A stretch of 64,000 nucleotides of DNA from Stylophora pistillata (taxonomy: Eukaryota), in contig NW_019217838.1 in assembly GCF_002571385.2 (NCBI RefSeq), positions 11,274 to 75,273 of the forward strand. Reading direction: 5' to 3'. This document shows, in pieces, positions 25,001-39,468 of this stretch (the stretch's first letter is position 1; each line of letters opens with the position of its first letter). The notes under the pieces are model-generated. The model saw nothing but the letters and a program-made list of their open reading frames with translations, was not told the origin of the DNA and made no database searches. The position numbers and the translations under genes are program-made.

Positions 25001-28000
25001 TTTGCTAATCTTCATTTATCTTGTATCAGCCAATGGGAGTCTTTGCCATTCTGGAAGAAGAGTGCATTGTCCCAAAAGCAACAGACATGACATTCTTACA
25101 AAAGATGCACAACAACCATGACGGCAAGCATCCTAAGTATTCCAAGCCTAAAATCTCCGGCAAGAAAGACACCAATCACCACTTTGAAGTTGCTCATTAC
25201 GCCGGCACTGTGGGATACAATGTCGACGGTTGGTTGGACAAGAACAAGGATCCAATCAATGAAGCTGTTGCACAACTGTTTGCCAAGTCCTCTGATCCAT
25301 TTATTGCTCACCTTTTCAAGGATTACGCTAGTGAATGTAAGAGTGGAATTATTCTTAAATTAGATAAAAGCTAAACAAGGGAAAGTCTCGGTAATATTCA
25401 TCACTGCCGCATCCTTCTGGAATTGGAAAATGACTTAAGAAATCGAGAATTTGCTAACTTGATTCTAGGAAAGTTTTTCTTAAGACTCTTTGAAACGAGT
25501 GATTTGTAGCTCTTTGTAGTACCGATGTGCCCTCAAGGAAATGGTCGTGAAGTATTACAAAGCAGGGGCGGATCCAGGAATTTTGGATAGGGGGGGTCCA
25601 AACTTTGGTTCAGAAAGGACTGTTCGACTCTTTTGAGGCAAATTACTTCTCCCCCACACCCCCTCCCACCAGTCGCGGTTGCACGTTATAATTCCTTGGC
25701 CGCTTACCGTTTACTTGGATTCATTAATTTAAAAAATCAGCCAGTTAAAGAATGATGTACGATCCTGCGGATGTAAGAATTTCAGTCTCAAAGTTGTAAG
25801 CGTCAGGTCTGATAGGGGGGTCCGGACCCCCCGGACCCTCCCCCTGGATCCGCCACTGCAAAGAGTGCCAATGACAGAATATCATTTTGATGTACGCTGT
25901 AACATGGAATTGTCGGAAATTTTGTAGAAAGAAGTTTCTAGTTTTTAAAGAGAGGAAGAACAGTTACTTTCATGTTTGAAGCGAAGAAGACAAGTATAAA
26001 AGACCAACTGAATTTTTTTGGGGTAGTTAAAGGTAATTTAGTTATAATTTGGCGTCGGTATGTGATCTGTGAACAGTCTGCCCTCGTAAATAATGTTATT
26101 CTCGTATTGATGCTGTCTGTTTGCACTGATTATGTATATTTTCTTGCACAAACACCGTAGCTCATGCAAGAGGTAAAGGAGGCAGCTTCCAGACCGTCAG
26201 TAGCAAACACAAGGTAGGAGCTGAATAATGCGGTGCTCTACACAAACATCCAATAATAAGATACCATCTTTATTGTTAAAGGTGTCCAGATTTTGCACAC
26301 GATTCATCAGTGTGAACAACCCTTACATGACATTTTATTTTGATTTTAACAGTTTTGACTCATCATGTTATCCTCTTTTTCATTTAGGAACAACTTACAC
26401 GTCTTATGGATACCCTGTACAGCACCTGCCCTCATTTTGTACGCTGCATTGTTCCAAATGAACACAAGAAAGCTGGTGTGATCGAGTCGTCACTTGTACT
26501 GCATCAGCTGAGGTGTAATGGTGTACTGGAAGGAATCCGTATCTGCCGAAAAGGATTCCCAAACAGGGTGCCCTTCCAGGAATTTCGACAGAGGTGAGGT
26601 TCACGACAATGGATGGATGCGTCTAGCTCTTGAAGTCAGTTTTCTAGGATGGTGCGCGTCCACACATGTCAGCGTGCTCTTTTAAAACGATCTTTGTTCA
26701 AGAACTTTAAAGGTTCCTTGTATCATTTTAATAACTAAGAATGTCAGTACTGGTAGATTTTTTCCCGCCTTACCACCGTCTGGATTGTATGTAGGATTGT
26801 ATTGTAAAATGTCTATTGCCTTATTTCTTGTTCACCCTTTTTTTATTGATTTTTAATGTCTTCTGTTGTTTTCTAGGTACCAGATCCTTGCACCAACCGC
26901 TGTTGCTGGTGGATTCATGGATGGCAAGAAGGCTTGTGAGAAGCTTCTTGATGCCATGCAATTGGAAAAGCAGTCTTACAGGGTTGGAACCAGTAAGGTA
27001 ATACGCTCGTTTGAGTTTCAAAAATAATCAAGAATGTCCCGGTTGGTTTAATAGATCTTTCAGGTGGCGTAAGAGTAGAAAAACCATTTTGATATAATTT
27101 TCAATTTATATATTTGCCAGAGATCAGAAAGTTTTAATGATATGATAGCGTTGAAGGATAGAAAACTGCTCTGCAGTATAACGCATTGATATTTGCTCGA
27201 GATCAGAAAATTGGAATGATTTAACGGTGTTGAAGGATAGAAAACTGCTCTGCAATGTGCGCATAGTGTTGTAACCAGATTAAAACAACTGAATAAAACA
27301 ATGGTGTACTTCAAACAGGTCTTCTTCCGAGCTGGAGTCTTGGGAGAACTGGAAGATATGAGAGATGAAAGGCTGGCCAAAATCATCTCCATGTTCCAGG
27401 CTTACTGCAAAGGTTACCTGATGCGCAAAGAATACCGCAAGATGTGCGACCAAAGGTAAGTGCCATAAAATAAGATAGAGCAGTTTTCAAGTGAGTGTCG
27501 AAAAACTTAAACCAATGCTATCATAGCGACCACTCAGAATAAAGGGTACATCATTATTTGTCAGCTAATGAGAACTCGAAGAGAAAACAAGAAATCTCCT
27601 AAAAGCGCGGGAAAACACGGATGACCACGTCGCAATTGTTTTTGGTTTTGCGTCTGATTGGTTGAGAGGATGGCGCGAGTTTTCTGGACCAATCACAGAG
27701 AGCAAAGATAAATAAAGTCATATCGATCCAGGTTTACTTTGACGCTCAATCAAAAATTGCTTTTTTTTTTGTCTCAAGGAAAAATAACTCGCATTAAAAG
27801 CCCTTTTTCTCAACTCCTGAATTTCTCGAAAGCCCTCGATGATGTTTTTAACTTTCTCGAAATCTACAAACTTCGAGCTTCGAATGAGGATCAAGATTCG
27901 AAGGACTGGTAACTTGCTTCGAACGTATTTTAGTAACTTGAAGAAGAAAAGTCACTTCATAAGTTTTGATGCTTCGATTTTTCGTTAGCTTTTCTTTCAG

Positions 28001-31000
28001 TAACTTCTCGACTTGCTGCTCTTATTATCGTATCGCAAATTTTTATAACTGAAATTTTTTTCCAACAGAATCGGAATTGCTGTTATCCAACGAAACGTGA
28101 GGAAGTATTTGTTCCTGAGAAACTGGTCGTGGTGGAGACTTTACACAAAGGTAAAATCAGTAAGATCATTGTTATAACCAACGATGTAAATTGTATATGC
28201 CTAAGGTCTCTAAATTCTATAGTGTAGAATATAGTGGCGACTCATCTTTTCTTGGGTGGTGACTTGTCATTTTTGTGATGTTTGTGCTATCAGGTCAAGC
28301 CTCTGTTGAACATTGCTCGTGCTGATGAAGAAATGAGAGAAAAAGCCGAAGAGGTTAGTATTCTTGTCCCTTCTCAAGTTCGATGAATAAATGCACTTTC
28401 AGTTTCTAGTTCGATGAATAAATGCACTTTTAGTTTCCAGTTCGATAAATAAATACCCTTTTAGTTTCCAGAGCCAGAAGACAGAAATAACTAGCAACAC
28501 TGTATTGATTATGGAAAACCCAACTTAATCGCGTGAAAGCATACGCCTTCTTACCCGGTAACTTTTCCTGGAAACAAAGATAACACGGCTCACTGCATGT
28601 GAGCAAAACCACGCAACTTGGGTACTTGGTCTAGGCAGCTTCCCTAGCAAGGCAGTGTCACGCATTCTGTTACCTCAAGTTATAGTAAATATTTATATAG
28701 ATGAGTAATATCTCTTCGATCAACGATGACATTTAACAATGACGCAAACACTTGAATAAACTGAAACACGAACCGATTTCAAACACTGTGAGTAATGCAC
28801 TTAGTGTGCAAAGGACGCGGTGTTTTACTGCAAATTTTTTTTTCGTTTAGCTCAAGAAGTTGCAAGATAGATTTGCAAAGGAGGAAGAGCTCAGGAAGGA
28901 ACTGGAAGAAAAGCTCACTACATTGATGGAAGAAAAGAACGAATTGTTCCAGAATCTACAAAGTGTACGTACATATACCCCATCACGTTACTGAATTCAA
29001 TTTGGTTGCCGATCGGGTACTAGTATGTTTATGAGATATCAAAAGGGTATAACCGTATCAACTAAACAGATGGGAAATACAGCCTATGGGGATATTTCAG
29101 TGATCTACGGGAAAACTTGCTGATGTAGAGAACACCATTACATTTAAAATATTGGAACAGCGAAAGCAGGTCTAGAATGCGTGGCAAAGCATGGCAGAAA
29201 TGACTGCGGTCACGTAGCCTTTACAAGAAGTTTCCCTCGTTTTTCGATGAATTTATTCGTTGGTGGTTTTTGGTTAGCTGAGTTGTGAGTATTGCTTATT
29301 CTGTCACATGGTATGAGCCCTCCATAGCGTGATTGCTGGTCTGTGACATGCAAGCGAAACCACAGTACCATACTTCTGCGTCTTTTTCGTTTGTTTTGTA
29401 CCACACTTCAGTTCTTATGATAATTTTATTTCGTTATTAAGTGGGTCGTTTATAGAGAAAATACAAAATAAACTGAAGGATGATGCAATGTCAAATTCTC
29501 CGCAAAAAAATGAAGTGTATAGCAGCCTGTAAGGAGATTTTTTTTGTCATTTCAAACACAGGAGCAAGACGCATGTGCAGATGCAGAGGACAGAGCATCT
29601 CAACTGCAAAAAGAAAAAGAAAAATTGGAAGATCAAATCAAGGTACCATAATGAAGAGAACTAGTATTAGTATTTCTATAGCAACCAGTAGTTTGTTGGT
29701 ACGAAACATTCATAAGGAGAAAGATAATGGAAATATTTAACAGAAAAAAAAAAATCAGTTGAATATCTGAGCGCTCTAAGTGGCATGAATTGAAACTAAA
29801 CACAACTTGGGCGTCGGTTAAGATGAAAGGCGTATGGGCAAAAAATTTTCTTATTGTGAACTGACAAATTTTATTTCACCTTTTAACAGGACCTCTCCGA
29901 ACAACTCGACGACGAAGAAGAGAACAGTGCTGAAATGCAAGAGGCAAGAAAGAAGATGGAAGCAGAAATCAGTGATCTCAAACAGGACGTGGAAGATTTA
30001 GAAACGGCTCTCAAAAAGGTACCAGCGTAGGTCAAGATGCTTAATGAAATAAACGAACATAATCCACTGCCTATAGATCATATGTTTGTCAAAAAGGAAT
30101 CCAAAGTATTCTCTTTTGTTTTTTGGGTAAATATTATTTATTATTTTAGTTGACTTCATGTAGACGACTCGTTTGCCGCGAGAGATAACCTTAAAATTTG
30201 TTTTTTTTGTCTCTAGGCGGAACAAGACATCGCAAGCAAAGAGAAAAATGCTGAACAACTTCATGACGAACTTGCCGCCCAAGATGAATCCATTACTAAA
30301 TTATCCAAGGAGAAAAAAGCGCTCGAGGAAGCGAAGCAGGTGAGGTCTTTTGAAGAGTGATGAAAGGAACCAACAAAATGAAGCCTTCTTCGCACAGACC
30401 CGTGAGAGATTTCCATAAACCAATAGAGACGGGAATAATTAGGATAAAGGAAATTGACCTGTTTCTTTTAAGGACCCATAGGATCTCTATTCGATAGCGT
30501 TCTCCCGTTCGAATTAGTTTCCACTAGATGAGAAAGTTTCGGAACTCGATGGACCAGCTGGAATTGACGAGGTTTCTTTTGTTGTCATCAGGAACTCGAA
30601 GACCAATTGCAAGAAGAGGAAGACAAAGTTAATCACCTTAATAAAGTGAAATCGAAACTTGAACAACAAATCGACGAGGTGGGTAGACCGTCGGGTTTCA
30701 CAAACCTATTCTGCAAGTGAGAAATTTAGCGTTAACCGTTACTGACGTGCGCTTGTTTTGTGCTATTGCAGACAGTAGATCAGTGGGAACGCGAGAAGAA
30801 ATCACGTGCGGATGTGGAGAAAGTTAAAAGAAAATTAGAGGGTGACCTAAAGGTAAGGTGCTTAATTGTCGTGCGCGGGATATCTCAGTTTTCTCGTTCG
30901 CACCTACTGTTACCTCGACCAGTGTGGAATGCGCGGCCGCTCTGAAATGTTGTTAAGGAATTCTGTGATACTCTTAAATGAAAAAATTGTGCTGTAGAAT

Positions 31001-34000
31001 TTGGACGTAATATTCGTGTTTCCTTTTTCACTCTGTTTAGATGACCCAAGACAACTTGGAGGATGTTAAAGGTGAAAAATCTCGTCTCGAGGACGACTTG
31101 CGAAGGTAAACTGTCGGCGGTATTCACCTTCTACTTTTGGTTCGTGGGACCCTGCGGTCAAAGGAAAAAAAATTTTTTTAGGGAAGGAGGGGTGGGTAGC
31201 GGCTCGTCTTATATGGGGGTTAAGGAAAAGAAAAATCCTTTAACGGCAATGTTGTGGCTGGCTTAGCGAATGAACAGCAGCCCTACTTAACATTCTTATG
31301 TGTTATCAAGTTCAAAAAATTAAGACGGAAAGCTGTGTATATGAAAAGCTGTTTTGTTCTGTTTTACACAGGAAAGAGCAAGAGCTAAACGAAAGCAGTG
31401 GCAACAACGAAAATCTTCTTGCACAAATCGAGTCTCTCAAGAAAAAGATCAGAGAGTTGGAGGTAATAAAAAGTTTGAGTACAGTTGTATTATAGATCGT
31501 AGGTATTCGTATGTCGCTCGTTTGTGGCCGTATGTACTCGTATGTATCCGAATGTTGCTCGTATGCTACTAGGAATACTCCGGCGTGTGGTGCTTTAGTC
31601 ACGATCAATGAGCGACTAGCTTTCGGTGAGATTTGTCGCGGGTTTGTCTGTTGAACGATGCAGAAAGATTCGTTGAATAAAACAAAATTATTATCAACCG
31701 TCCCGGAATGTCGTTTGACCTTTGTGACACCTGTAATGTATACTTTTGAGTCCGTTTTCCGTGCGCTAAGGAGATGTACGACTGGAAGTCTGGTCTTTTG
31801 TGAAATCTGTTTGCGCTGTTAGGTTTTTCCTTTGTTTCGGTGGTTGAATTTTGATGATCCATTGATTGAAGATTAAACCGTTAATTGGACTTAGCGCTAT
31901 TATGCATTCCTGCATAACATGATCACGAGGCGTGTGGAATAGCTGATAGTCCTCGCTGAGTAGGTTTTGAATCGAATATGAAGAATTCTTAGCATTTGTG
32001 AACTTTTTTCCCGGAAATTAAAAAGGCGTAGAAATGTGGGCGTCGGAGTCTTACAACTACAGATTGTATGTTCAGCCATCGGATAACAAATACGCTGTAA
32101 GTAAAAATATCCCTTCACATGGAAAATAGATATGCCGTGTTTGCTAAACGGCGGTGTGAATCGCTCATTTGTCGATATATAGCACTTTGCACTGTTCTAT
32201 ATATTGCGCGTATGTGTGATAGCTAATTGTTAGATTTGAATCAGTGTATTCAGTTTAGAGAAAAATATTACCTGTGATGTTTGCACAAGGCTATTGTACT
32301 CTTCTGGATTTTCAGTTTGATGTTATATTCGTAAAATGTCGGTAAAAGGTTTGGTATGAAGAAAATCGGACTTGTGTATTCAGTATTTCGCCCGGGTGTT
32401 TGTAAGACATTACACAGTGGGCAGAACGCTGGGTAAATGAAAGCATGGTTGGGTGTGAAATATTCTGGGCAGAGGTGTCTTTGCTTCAATGATTTTTTAC
32501 TTTCTATGTTCTTTAGGCCAGAATCGAGGAGTTGGAAGAAGAACTTGAGGCGGAGAAGAATGCTCGATCTAAGGTATGTTGTGGTTTTATCTTTTTGACG
32601 CTTTCTACAAGCTGTGCTTCAGTTAATGCCTCATGATCGTTTTATGAAGATAGCATATTGAAATCTCTCGCGCCGGAATGACTTTTAATTCCAGAACACC
32701 CTGATTTGAATAAGAATTACAATGTACAATGTACATTCTTTGTATAGAGCTTTTGCAAACAATTAAAACTTAATCTTCGTCTCGGAATTTGGCTTCCGTC
32801 CTGCAGAGATAAAACACCAGCAATGCTCAAGGACTTGAATTTTTCCATCAAGAATATAACTCCCAGCTTGTCCCTTTAACGAAAGAGCGCTAAGTACTAG
32901 CTTAAAGGTTAAATTCAATTCCCAGAAGAGCTTTGCGAAATGGTGTATTTATTTTGTTATGCGATTACTGTCAACGTTACCAGACAAATAGCTATTAGCA
33001 GATGAAAACTTCCGTCACTTTTGTCAAATCGAAAATAAAGGGTAAATTTTTATCGCAAAAAAAAATGTTTAGAATTATTGGATTGTTTAGTAATTATCAA
33101 ATAATGCTCGGAGCAAGTCCCACAAAGTACGCATTAATCTGTTGAATTAAAGTTTAGTCAGACATGCGGCATGCACACAGCAGGTTTGGACGGGGGAAGT
33201 ATTTGCCGCACTGCTGTGCAGAAGCTGATTTCTATTTCCGATTTGTCATCAATCAGGCGGAACGAGCGCGAATGGAACTCGAGAGGGAACTGGACGATCT
33301 GAACGAACGGCTGGAAGAGCAAGGCGGCGCCACACAAGCACAGGTACAATGAAATAATTGATTTATTCATGGATTATTTACTAATTAGTTTTGTCTTAAT
33401 TCATTAAGTTTCAAGTTGTGATTTTCAAAAGAAGCAAAGATAGATTGGGTTGAGATACATGTAGGTACATCCGATAGGAGGCTCTTTTGTTCTTTGTGAA
33501 GGGACGAAAACTAGGAAACCCTTAAAAAAGCTTCAGAGCAAGGACTAGAACCGACAATCAACTCAACCCTTGACCCAACAAAGCGTTCAAACGTCTGCGC
33601 ATTTGCGAACATCATAAGGACGAGGTGTCTTGCTTTTAGGCTGTCAGAAGTTTTAGTTCTTATATTAAAAAAAAAAATCATTGGTTCCCTTGTTGTAGAT
33701 CGAGCTAAACAAAAAGCGTGAAGGTGATATAACCAGGCTGCGACGGGAACTGGAAGAACAGGCATCCCAACATGAACAGTCCGTCAACAGTATGCGAGCC
33801 AAACAGAACCAGGCCATGCAAGAACTGCAAGACGAAATGGACTCCTTGAAGAAAGCTAAATCAAAGTGTGTAACGCATACTCAGTCTTGCTACTTTCCTC
33901 TGCAGCTGTTTTTTGAAATATCACGCAACGCTGGCTTAGGCTTTCTGTAGGATGTCACGCAACGCGTTCCAGCCATTCCTTAGCATGTCACGAAACGCCT

Positions 34001-37000
34001 CCCGCGTTAGCAAGAGACGAGTGATATCCCAAAGATATGCAGGCCTGAGAGATATGACTCACGGGGAGTGGTTTTTCCTACAATCAACTGAGAGCAATAA
34101 CTTGTCACTGATGCCGAATGATGTTGTGTGATGTGACCGTCTTTATGTCAATGCAGGGCTCATTAGATGTTGAATTGCTTTGTAGGATCGAGAAGGAAAG
34201 GAATGCATTGCAAGCTGAAGGAGACGACCTTTCTGTCAGCTTAGAAACGCTGCAAAAACAAAAGGTATTTCTGCAGCCATGCTCTTTTGCGTCAAGTTAA
34301 TTTCTTGTTTTCCATGGTTTCGTCATCACTATAACTCATCATTTGAATATTATGTTTAATTTTCTCAGACCCAGTCCGACAAACAGAACAGAGCCCTGGA
34401 GGAGCAGCTCAGTGACCACAAATACCAGGTTGGTTGATAAATGCTTTATTCACCTTCCAGGCTGTTATGTCTGAGGTGCTAATACGGATGTTTCTTTTAA
34501 CCCGCTTTCGTGGAGCTGTCAAAAGAATTTAATATCTAATCGACGCTAGAATGTCTGCCGACAAGTTAAAGAGATTTAGAGCAAAAGTGTTGACCCTTAA
34601 AGGTATTTTTTTGCGATTGTAAACATGTTTTTTGGCTATGCTTCAACTTTCTCCCTGCATTAGACTCTAAAACACGCTTTGCTTTCATGGGATTGTCGCT
34701 GGAGTGATACCGTTTAGAATGAGGAAAGGGTGTTTGGTTTCTGAAATTCCATTGTGAAGTGAGCAACAAGAGGTATTGTAGCCTCTTTCTCTCCTCCTTC
34801 GAGCAGCAGTTGTTCCGCCGTGAGAATTTGAGGGAAAGGTCGGAGAAAGCGGCCGATCTATATACTTTAGGGAACTCTACATAAAAACAGCCTGCTTAAA
34901 GGAATTTTCGTGGACTCTTTTTAAATGACACTTACACTGAGCACGAAAACAAGGCACGGCAAAAAAGTCAGGTGAATGGAACAGTAGCAATTTAACGCTG
35001 CCTTGATGATTGCTAATCTGAGTGTTTGATTAGGTGGAAGAGTTAAAGAAGAGTGTTTCTGAGTTGGAGATCGCTCGTAGTCGGTTGACTCAAGAAGGAG
35101 GAGATCTTGGAAAGCAAGTGGAGGAATATGAATCTAAAATTACGGTCTTTTTGAAAAGCAAGAAAACTCTAGAGCAGAGCGTCGAAGAGCTTAAGCGACA
35201 AAATGAAGAGGAAGTTCGGGTAAGCGCAGTCAAGTTAACTCCTTTTTTTTTTTTCAACGTTTGAACGGAGTCTGTATGGCTAAACGCAAATGAACTGTTC
35301 GACTAGTCACAGCAGAATAAACAACATCGTATAAAGCTGATACGCAAAGAGCAGGAAAACATGTAACGGATTGGGTTAATTCTTACCTCTGATTGGCTGA
35401 AACTTGCATAAAGTAACCAATCCCTATTGCAGAAAGTCAGTAAGAAAATGCGTGCGGCCAAGTCAATTTGGAATCCGGATCTCAAGACCTTTTGCATTTT
35501 CTTCTCTGTAGCTTAAACTGGACGCTCAGAATAAGTTAAAGAACGCCGAAGCTGACCTGGATAGCATGCAAGAAACAATCGAGGAACTGGAGGATGGAAA
35601 GGCTGACTTGCAGAAACAGCTTACGAGACCGAACGCCGAGAACCAACAGTTAAAAGCCAAGTTCGATCAGGAGGTGTTGGGACGATTAGAAGAACTGGAA
35701 GATGCAAAGTATGTTGAGTGTTAAAAACTCATAATTGAACTGAAAACATGATAATAGGCTTAACGAAACAATACAAATAATTTTTAAACTGTGGCTTTAC
35801 TTTGGAAAAGAAATTTGAAGTCTTGGCAACTATAAAATAAGGATGAAACTTTACTTATGCCATAATTTAGCGAGCGAGATGTTCCTCGGTTTGTTATTTT
35901 CGCGCATAGTCATTTTCTTTTGACAGCTTGGAGAATTATTTGGATATATCAACAAAGTTGAAATGGTAAATTGGCCACCGTAACAATTACAAAAGCTGAC
36001 GTTTTGAGCGTTAGCCCCTTCGTCGGAGCGAATAGAGGAATTGTGGAGAATAGATTGACGGTTTTGAAAAAGGAAAGAATAGCGAAATTTTGAAAACTGG
36101 GAAACTCGCACTTGCTACACATTCATCCACCAAAAAACTTTCATCAGAATGTCAGAATTTTAATAAAGAAACGTTCTGATGGCCCTTGTATTGGATACCT
36201 TTACCGAATGGACGCTTATTCAGGGATCTCTTTTAGTCCTGAGGGTGTCCCCTGAGTGTCCCTACATGGGTTAATTAGAAATAATTAAAAGCTGAATCAT
36301 TGGATAATGCAATTCAAGAGATTTCATTGGCTTAGCCATCGTGGGTTGTGAGGCATTATACCATGCGCGCGCACGAAGACAAGACTTACCGAAAGTGTTA
36401 TTGTTCATTGTAACATTCAGTTTGTTCTTACAAAATACAGTTGGGAAGATTTATACATATTTTGGGGCGTTTTTAATGAAACAACTATTTCACTCCCGCT
36501 TGTAAAATATGGGATGTTATGGTGAACTCGGCCTATCTCGTATCCACTTCGTTCATGCGATAACTGGTATCTTGGTTTTGACTCCCTACAGACGCAAGCT
36601 GACACAAAAACTCCAGGAGACAGAGGAAGCCCTCTCCAGCGCCTCACAAAAAGCCAGTAATGCCGAGAAAGCAAAGAACAGACTCAACTCGGAACTCGAA
36701 GATGCACTTATCGATTTAGAGAAGGTTTTTGATTTATTGCTACAAATATTTTAACCGCTTCGTGTTTTTTAGATTGTTTAACCAAACGAAAATGCTACAT
36801 CGGAATTAATTGCCATGTTCTCTCACCCAATAGGCACAAACCAACGCCGCTAATCTTGAGAAGAAGCAAAAGAAGTTTGATCAGCAGATAAACGAATGGA
36901 AACTGCGATACGACGAGCTACAAGGTGAAGTGGACAACGCGCAGAAAGAAGCCCGTAACTACTCTACTGAGGTGTGTCAAAAATCTGCTTTTATTTTCAT

Positions 37001-39283
37001 TAGATAAACTTTTCCTCTTGAAATGTACGAAAGCGACCTTGTAGTAATGAACCCGACTTATGTAGAAGTGGAAATAAGGCCTGAAAAAAATTCAGGTCCG
37101 TACAACGTTTGAACCCATAACCTTGGCGATACCAGGACAGTGCTCTACAAACTGGGCTAACAAGCCGACTGAGAGCTAGCTGATCATTATGTTGGTTCGT
37201 ATTAAACCCGTCGAAGTGATGAATCAATGAATTCCAATATATGAAAATCGTATATGTGTACTGGGGTTTCTTGAAATGTATGAAAGCGATCTTCGCAGTA
37301 ATGAACCCTACTTGTGTAGTAGTGGAAATGAGGCCTCAAAAAAATTTAGGCGTGGACGGGATTTGTTTCTCTTGAGTTTTAAGGCATATGGGATGGAAAC
37401 GTTATCTCAAACTTTTGCTTTGTTTGTTTTCAGATGTTCAAACTGAAAGGTTCGAATGACGAAATGAGTGAGCAGATGGAACTTTTGCGTCGGGAAAAGA
37501 AGAGTTTGGAAGGTAAGGTTACTGTTACTGTTAAGAGTAGTAAGAAAGTTTTCTGATGCAATGCGGTGGAAGGTTTTGCATCTAAATGCCAGCAATTCTA
37601 GAATGTCACCTCAAATGTCTGTACTGATATTGCCCGTACTTGTCTTCTCAGCTGAAATTGCCGAGTTGGCGGAGCAGCTTGGAGAAGGCGGCAAGTCTGT
37701 CGTGGAAATTGAGAAAGCAAAGAAGAGACTTGAGTTCGAGAAAGATGAACTGCAGAGCGCCTTAGAGGTATGCTCAGTACTGTGAAATGATATTTTAAGT
37801 CGACTGTGCGACTGGCAAATTTTGTTTTATCAGAATAAAACTTGAGTTTCAAGGAGGAAGAAACTAAAATCCTGGAATAGAACTGGTCGTAAAATGTCTT
37901 TGTTTTTCAAGAAGGGCGCTGTAAAGAACAAGTAGAGGCCAAATTGAAGACACGTGTTCTATTGCTTTTCAGGAAATCGAGGCCGCTCTTGAAGCCGAAG
38001 AATCTAAAGTAACGCGGTTTCAGCTGGAACTCACTCAGTTCAAACAGGAGGCCGAGAAGAGAATCGCCGACAAAGATGAGGAGCTTGAAAACCTAAGGCA
38101 AGTTTAACGTTGTTTTGTTTTTGTTTTTGTTTTTGTTTTCGTTTAGAGCTCTAAGATAAAGGACTCAACCTGTCAAATACTATTCACGGCCTGACAGAAG
38201 AATACTGACGAAAGTAATGGGCAGGTTTGAAACAGAACTGAGTTCTTGCCTCCCATTACTGTGCCCCTGTGTGATTTCTTTATTTTAACACAGTAATTTA
38301 ATTTTGTAGGAAAAATCACGCTCGCCAGCTGGAGAGTCTGCAAGCTTCTTTGGAAACTGAACTGAAGGCCAAGAATGACGTGGTAAACATCTTTTTTTTT
38401 TTTTTTTTTTTTTTTCTTCCACTCTTATTAACTAGAGTTTCTTCTTAGTTGGAAGACGACAATTTAGAAATTGCTTCCCGTTCTTGTATGAAAGTTTTGT
38501 CCTGGATATGAATTATAGTGACTTCATTTTTATTTTGTAGATGCGAGCAAAGAAGAACTTGGAAGCAGTCAACAACGAATTGGAGATCAACTTGGACAAT
38601 GCTATGAAGGTGAGATTAAGACTTGGGCTTTTTCTATTATTTCCTACTTAAAGTGTTCAGTGGTCAACTTTGCTCTCCTCCCATGAAACTCGGACTAACA
38701 AGTTTAGTTTCGATTTCTAGGCGAACGGAGAATTCCAGAAGAATTTGAAGAAGTTGCAACAACAAGTGAAGGTTAGTGCGACAGGAAGTTAACTTAGAAT
38801 GTGTATTTGATATTTCGCTAATGTTCTGAGTGATCAAGGTATGGAGACAAAACTACACGTTACCTACCATGTTTAGTGAAACATCGTTAAATCGTCGATC
38901 AAAATTTTCTATCTGTACAAAGCTAATCCTTGGTACTGTACCGTGTGTATAGGATCTTCAGGTGATGGTAGAAGAAGAACAGCGAGGCAAAGACGATGCT
39001 CGTGAGGCCGCCGCTAAAGCTGAACGCCGTGCTAATGAATTCGCCTCGCAGCTGGATGAACTACGTAGTATGCTAGAACAGGTAGGAGTATCGTTGTAAT
39101 TACCCATCAGTTAAACTTTTTCTCTGTTTCTCATGTCACGGATACCAGATTATCAAAGTTTTATCAGTTGCAAGGTGCCGAGAATATATGAAGCGAAACT
39201 AATTACTCATTCTTTGGACGATCCTCGGTAATCTTTGAAAGCTTTCCTACGGACATCGGATATTTAACAGTTATTCCACGAGC

Positions 39284-39322
<39 letters not shown>

Positions 39323-39400
39323 TACGCCCCCAAGAAATTATTATTTTGTAAGAAGAAACCGGATTTTTTAGCTTTTGATTTTAAGCTGACGGGTACGCTT

Positions 39401-39431
<31 letters not shown>

Positions 39432-39432
39432 C

Positions 39433-39468
<36 letters not shown>

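Noticed and set aside
28376-28450. ~30-bp tandem repeat AGTTCGATGAATAAATGCACTTT
   Set aside because: Ordinary intronic slippage duplication with no further structure.
31496-31625. CGTATG repeats as a splicing or promoter element, or a cassette exon at 31572-31625
   Set aside because: The putative exon has an in-frame TGA, and the segment looks like a short dispersed repeat with inverted ends.
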